Shown: positions 59,465 to 64,000 of the stretch, one piece after another | Position numbering within the stretch: position 1 is the first letter of the stretch | Layout: every line of letters begins with the position of its first letter | Source of the DNA: Mobula hypostoma | Taxonomy: Eukaryota | Length of the DNA: 64,000 nt | Assembly: GCF_963921235.1 (NCBI RefSeq) | Contig: NC_086097.1 | Span: 167,960,001 to 168,024,000, forward strand | Direction: 5' to 3' | Translations under genes and position numbers: made by a program | The notes under the pieces: model-generated | Told to the model about the DNA's origin: nothing | Seen by the model: the letters and a program-made list of their open reading frames with translations, nothing else | Databases searched by the model: none

Positions 59465-62400
59465 AACATAGAATAGTACAGCACAGTACAGGCCCTTCAG
59501 CCCACAATGTTGTGCCCACCCTTAAACCCTGCCTCCCATATAAGCCCCCATCTTAAATTCCTCCATATAGCTGTCTAGTAGTCTCTTAAATTTCACTAGT
59601 GTATCTGCCTCCACCACTGATTCAGGCAGTGCATTCCATGCACCAACCATTCTCTGAGTAAAAAACCTTCCTCTAATATCCTCCTTGAACTTCCAACCCC
59701 TTACCTTAAAGCCATGTCCTCTTGTATTCCCTGGGGAAGAGGTGCTGGCTATCCACTCTATCTATTCCTCTTAATATCTTGTATACCTCTATCATGAGTC
59801 CTCTCATCCTCCTTCTCTCCAAAGAGTAAAGCCCTAGCTCCCTTAATCTCTGATCATAATGCATACTCTCGGAACCAGGCAGCATCCTGGTAAATCTCCT
59901 CTGTACCCTTTCCAATGCTTCCACATCCTTCCTATAGTGAGGCGACCAGAACTGGACACAGTACTCCAAGTGTGACCTAACCAGAGTTTTATAGAGCTGC
60001 ATCATTACCTCGCGACTCTTAAACTCTATCCCTCGACTTATGAAAGCTAACACCCCACAAGCTTTCTTAACTACCCTATCCACCTGTGAGGCAACTTTCA
60101 GGGATCTGTGGACATGTACCCCGAGATCCCTCTGCTCCTCCACACTACCAAGTATCCTGCCATTTACTTTGTACTCTGCCTTGGAGTTTGTCCTTCCAAA
60201 GTGTACCACCTCACACTTCTCCAGGTTGAACTCCATCTGCCACTTCTCAGGCCACTTCTGCATCCTATCAATGTCTCTCTGCAATCTTTGACAATCCTCT
60301 ACACTATCTACAACACCACCAACGTTTGTGTCATCTGAAAACTTGCCAACCCACCCTTCTACCCCCACATCCAGATTGTTAATAAAAATCACGAAAAGTA
60401 GAGGTTCCAGAACAGATCCTTGTGGGACACCAATAGTCACAATCCTCCAATCTGAATGTACTCCCTCCACCACCACCCTCTGCCTTCTACAGGCAAGCCA
60501 ATTCTGAATCCACCTGGCCAAACTTCCCTGGATCCCCCATGCCTTCTAACTTTCTGAATAGTGTGGAACCTTGTCAAATGCCTTACTAAAATCCATATAG
60601 ATCACATCCACTGCACTACTCTCATCTATATGCCTGGTCACCTCCTCAAAGAACTCTATCAGGCTTGTTAGACACGATCTGCCCTTCACAAAGCCATGCT
60701 GACTGTCCCTGATCAGACCATGATTCTCTAAATGCCTATAGATCCTATCTCTAAGAATCTTTTCCAACAGTTTTCCCACCACAGACGTAAGGCTCACTGG
60801 TCTATAATTACCCGGACTATCCCTACTACCTTTTTTGAACAAGGGAACAACATTCGCCTCCCTCCAATCCTCCGGTACCATTCCCGTGGACAACGAGGAC
60901 ATAAAGATCCTAGCCAGAGGCTCAGCAATCTCTTCTCTCACCTCATGGAGCAGCCTGGGGAATATTCCGTCAGGCCCCGGGGACTTATCTGTCCTAATGT
61001 ATTTTAACAACTGCAAAACCTCCTCTCCCTTAATATCAGCATGCTCCAGAACATCAACCTCACTCATATTGTCCTCACCATCATCAAATTCCCTCTCATT
61101 GGTGAATACCGAAGAGAAGTATTCATTGAGGACCTCACTCACTTCCACAGCCTCCAGGCACATCTTCCCACCTTTATCTCTAATCGGTCCTACCTTCACT
61201 CCTGTCATCCTTTTTTTCTTCACATAATTGAAGAATGCCTTGGGGTTTTCCTTTACCCTACTTGCCAAGGCCTTCTCATGCCCCCTTCTTGCTCTTCTCA
61301 GCCCCTTCTTAAGCTCCTTTCTTGCTTCCCTATATTCCTCAATAGACCCATCTGATCCTTGCTTCCTAAACCTCATGTATGCTGCCTTCTTCCACCTGAC
61401 TAGACTTTCCACCTCACTTGTCACCCATGGTTCCTTCACCCTACCATTCTTTATCTTCCTCACGGGGACAAATTTACCCCTAACATCCTGCAAGAGATCT
61501 CTAAACATCAACCACATGTCCATAGTACATTTCCCTGCAAAAACATCATCCCAATTCACACCCACAAGTTCTAGCCTTATAGCCTCATAATTTGCCCTTC
61601 CCCAATTAAAAATTTTCCTGTCCTCTCTGATTCTATCCTTTTCCATGATAATGCTAAAGGCCAGGGAGTGCTACCCACTGAGAGATCTGTGACCTGACCC
61701 AGTTCGTTACCTAATACTAGATCTAGTATGGCATTCCCCCTAGTCAGCCTGTCAACATACTGTGACAGGAATCCATCCTGGACACACTTAACGAACTCTG
61801 CCCCGTCTAAAACATTGGAACTAATCAGGTGCCAATCAATATTAGGGAAGTTAAAAGTCACCCATGATAACAACCCTGTTATTTTTGCACATTTCCAAAA
61901 TCTGCCTCCCAATCTGCTCCTCTGTATCTCTGCTGCTACCAGGGGGCCTATAGAATACTCCCAATAGAGTAACTGCTCCCTTCCTGTTCCTGACTTCTAC
62001 CCACACTGATTCAAAAGAGGATTCTGCTACATTACCCACACTTTCCATAGCTGTAATAGTATCCCTGACCAGTAATGCCACCCCTCCTCCCCTTTTTCCC
62101 CCCGTTCTATCCCTTTTAAAGCACTGAAATCCAGGAATATTGAGAATCCATTCCTATCCTGGTGCCAGCCAAGTCTCTGTAATGGCCACTACATCATAAT
62201 TCCATGTATATATCCAAGCTCTCAGTTCATCACCTTTGTTCCTGATGCTTTTTGCATTGAAGTACACACATTTCAGCCCTTCTACCTTACTGTCTTTACA
62301 CTGTTTATTCTGCTTCTCTTTCCTCAAAGCCTCTCTGTATGTTAGATCTGGCTTTACTCCTTTCACTGCTCTATCGCTCTGGGTCCTATCCCCCTTGCAA

Positions 62401-62723
62401 ATTAGTTTAAACCCTCCCAAACCATGCTAGCAAACCTACCTGCAAGGATATTGCTCCCCCTCGAGTTCAGGTGCAACCCATGCAATCTGTACAGGTCCCA
62501 CTTTCCCCAGAAGAGGTCCCAATGATCCAAAAATCTAAAACCCTGCCCCCTGCACCAACTCCTCAGCCACGCATTCAACTGCCGTCTCCTCCAATTCTCA
62601 CCATTACTATCATGTAGCACTGGCAGCAATCCCGAGAATGCCACCCTTGAGGTCCTGTTCTTCAGCCTTCTGCCTAGTTCCCGAAACTCACACTACAGGA
62701 CCTCATCCCTCTTCCTGCCTATG
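59465..62723 (-). mobile_element. Near-complete CR1 LINE (end of esterase ORF1 plus EN-RT ORF2) with frameshifts
   Basis: ORF1 62402-62644 (GLHLN); EN 62154-62420 (NAKS, ETWL) and 61851-62081 (YRPP, MGDF); RT 60546-61646 and 59706-60521; TTCA at both junctions. Confidence 0.93.
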
Positions 62724-63121
62724 TTCACTTCATTTTCCCATCTAAGCCACAGTCATCGAGCTGCAGCTTGATGTACTTCATTTAGATGTAGTTATCAGGA
62801 AGAAATATCTTCACCTGATAAGGGGTCTTGGCCTGAAATGTCAAATGTTCATTTCCCTCTATCGATGCTGCCTGACCTTCTGAGTTCCCTCAGCATTTTC
62901 TGGGTATTACTTAAAACTTTTGGTCTGCAACGTCCTCCTACTCCAAGGCAAATGTTCTACAGTACTGGGAACAGGACATGACAAGATATCATTTAATGGC
63001 CCCTTGTCAGTTGATATGATAGTGCACCAATTTGGAGCTGTTGATTGTACAGCACACAAAATCAATTCAGAACAAGAAAAGCCCATTTGGCCCATCAAGT
63101 TCATGTTTGTTTCTTCTAGAG

Positions 63122-63203
63122 CAGAGGTTCACAACCCGGGGTCCACGGACCTCTTGCTTAATGGTATTGGTCCATGGCATAAAAAAAAGGCTGGGAACCC
63201 CTG
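63122..63203. mobile_element. About 80-bp hAT(Charlie)-like MITE; related copy at about 33477-33545
   Basis: TIRs CAGAGGTTCACAACC / GGCTGGGAACCCCTG, next to a TCTAGA-type target. Confidence 0.6.
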
Positions 63204-64000
63204 TTCTTTTGAGTAACTAGTCAATTCCACTTCCCCTCCTATAAATCAGATTAATTCCTCTCAAACTCCCTTCTGAAACCCCTGTTTAAATTATGATAAT
63301 TACATGCAAACTACATACAGGAAAGCAATCTGTCACTTGTGATCATTAAAAACACAAGAGGTTCTGCAGATACCAGATATCTTGATCAACACACAGTTCG
63401 GCACGTCAAGCAGCATCTATGGAGGGGAATAAACAGTCAACATTTCAGACTGAGGCCTGCCTTGACATGTTACTTGAGGTCAAGCCTGATTGATGGGGAA
63501 ATTATACACTGTCACCACATGTGATCCTAATGACTGTACAAGAATAGATTGCAATGCTGAATGCCTCAGCAAGAACATAAAGATCTGGTTATGTAACAGC
63601 CTCGAGGAAGGCAGACTGGAGTTGCTCAGAATTCAATCAGAACCTTGGGGGGGGGGTGTGGAAGGGGGTTCTCTGTGGAGTTCATGCGTTCTACCTGTGG
63701 TCCTGTGGGCTTCCCTCAAATGCTTTGGTTTCGTTCCACAGCCCAAAGGTATGCCGGCTGTCAGTTTAATCAGCCGCTGAAAATTGCCTCTTACTATGTA
63801 GATGAATACAGCATCTGGGGGCTCTGTCTCCATGCTGTATGACTCTATTTGTAAAATTAAAAGTCAAGACTCCCGAGGAACAGATGGAACAAGAGAGACA
63901 TCTATCTCAGTATTTTTCCTATAACTTTTTACTTTAACAAATCACAAATAAATAGCGTCTCCAAACTGTAGTAATTGATTCCCCTTTATGTCACACTGGG

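Overview
Eukaryotic, repeat-rich vertebrate DNA. The repeat landscape (V-SINE/HE1-like SINEs, abundant CR1 and Rex-like LINEs, Penelope fragments) suggests a cartilaginous fish, which is inference. The only host gene I can support is the 3' part of a + strand Gs-class G-protein alpha subunit gene. It has seven coding exons (10142-10196, 18997-19070, 23188-23246, 25981-26101, 35155-35285, 39741-39808, 43103-43249) whose sizes and phases match GNAS exons 7-13, followed by a repeat-poor putative 3' UTR. The upstream exons lie outside the window. The protein is mostly GNAS-like but carries several GNAL-type residues. Introns and flanks are filled with transposons: a complete CsRn1-clade Ty3/Gypsy element (LTRs, TSD, tRNA-Trp PBS, -1 frameshift signal), an internally deleted hAT element with 8-bp TSD, Tc1-superfamily elements including two DD38E-spaced copies, young and old CR1 LINEs, Rex/Babar-like LINEs and tRNA-derived SINEs. 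I found no convincing wholly new biological system. The best leads are the paralog identity of the Galpha gene, the CsRn1 element with its dual gag-pol recoding signal, a frameshift shared by two CR1 copies, and SINEs with a common head but different tails.
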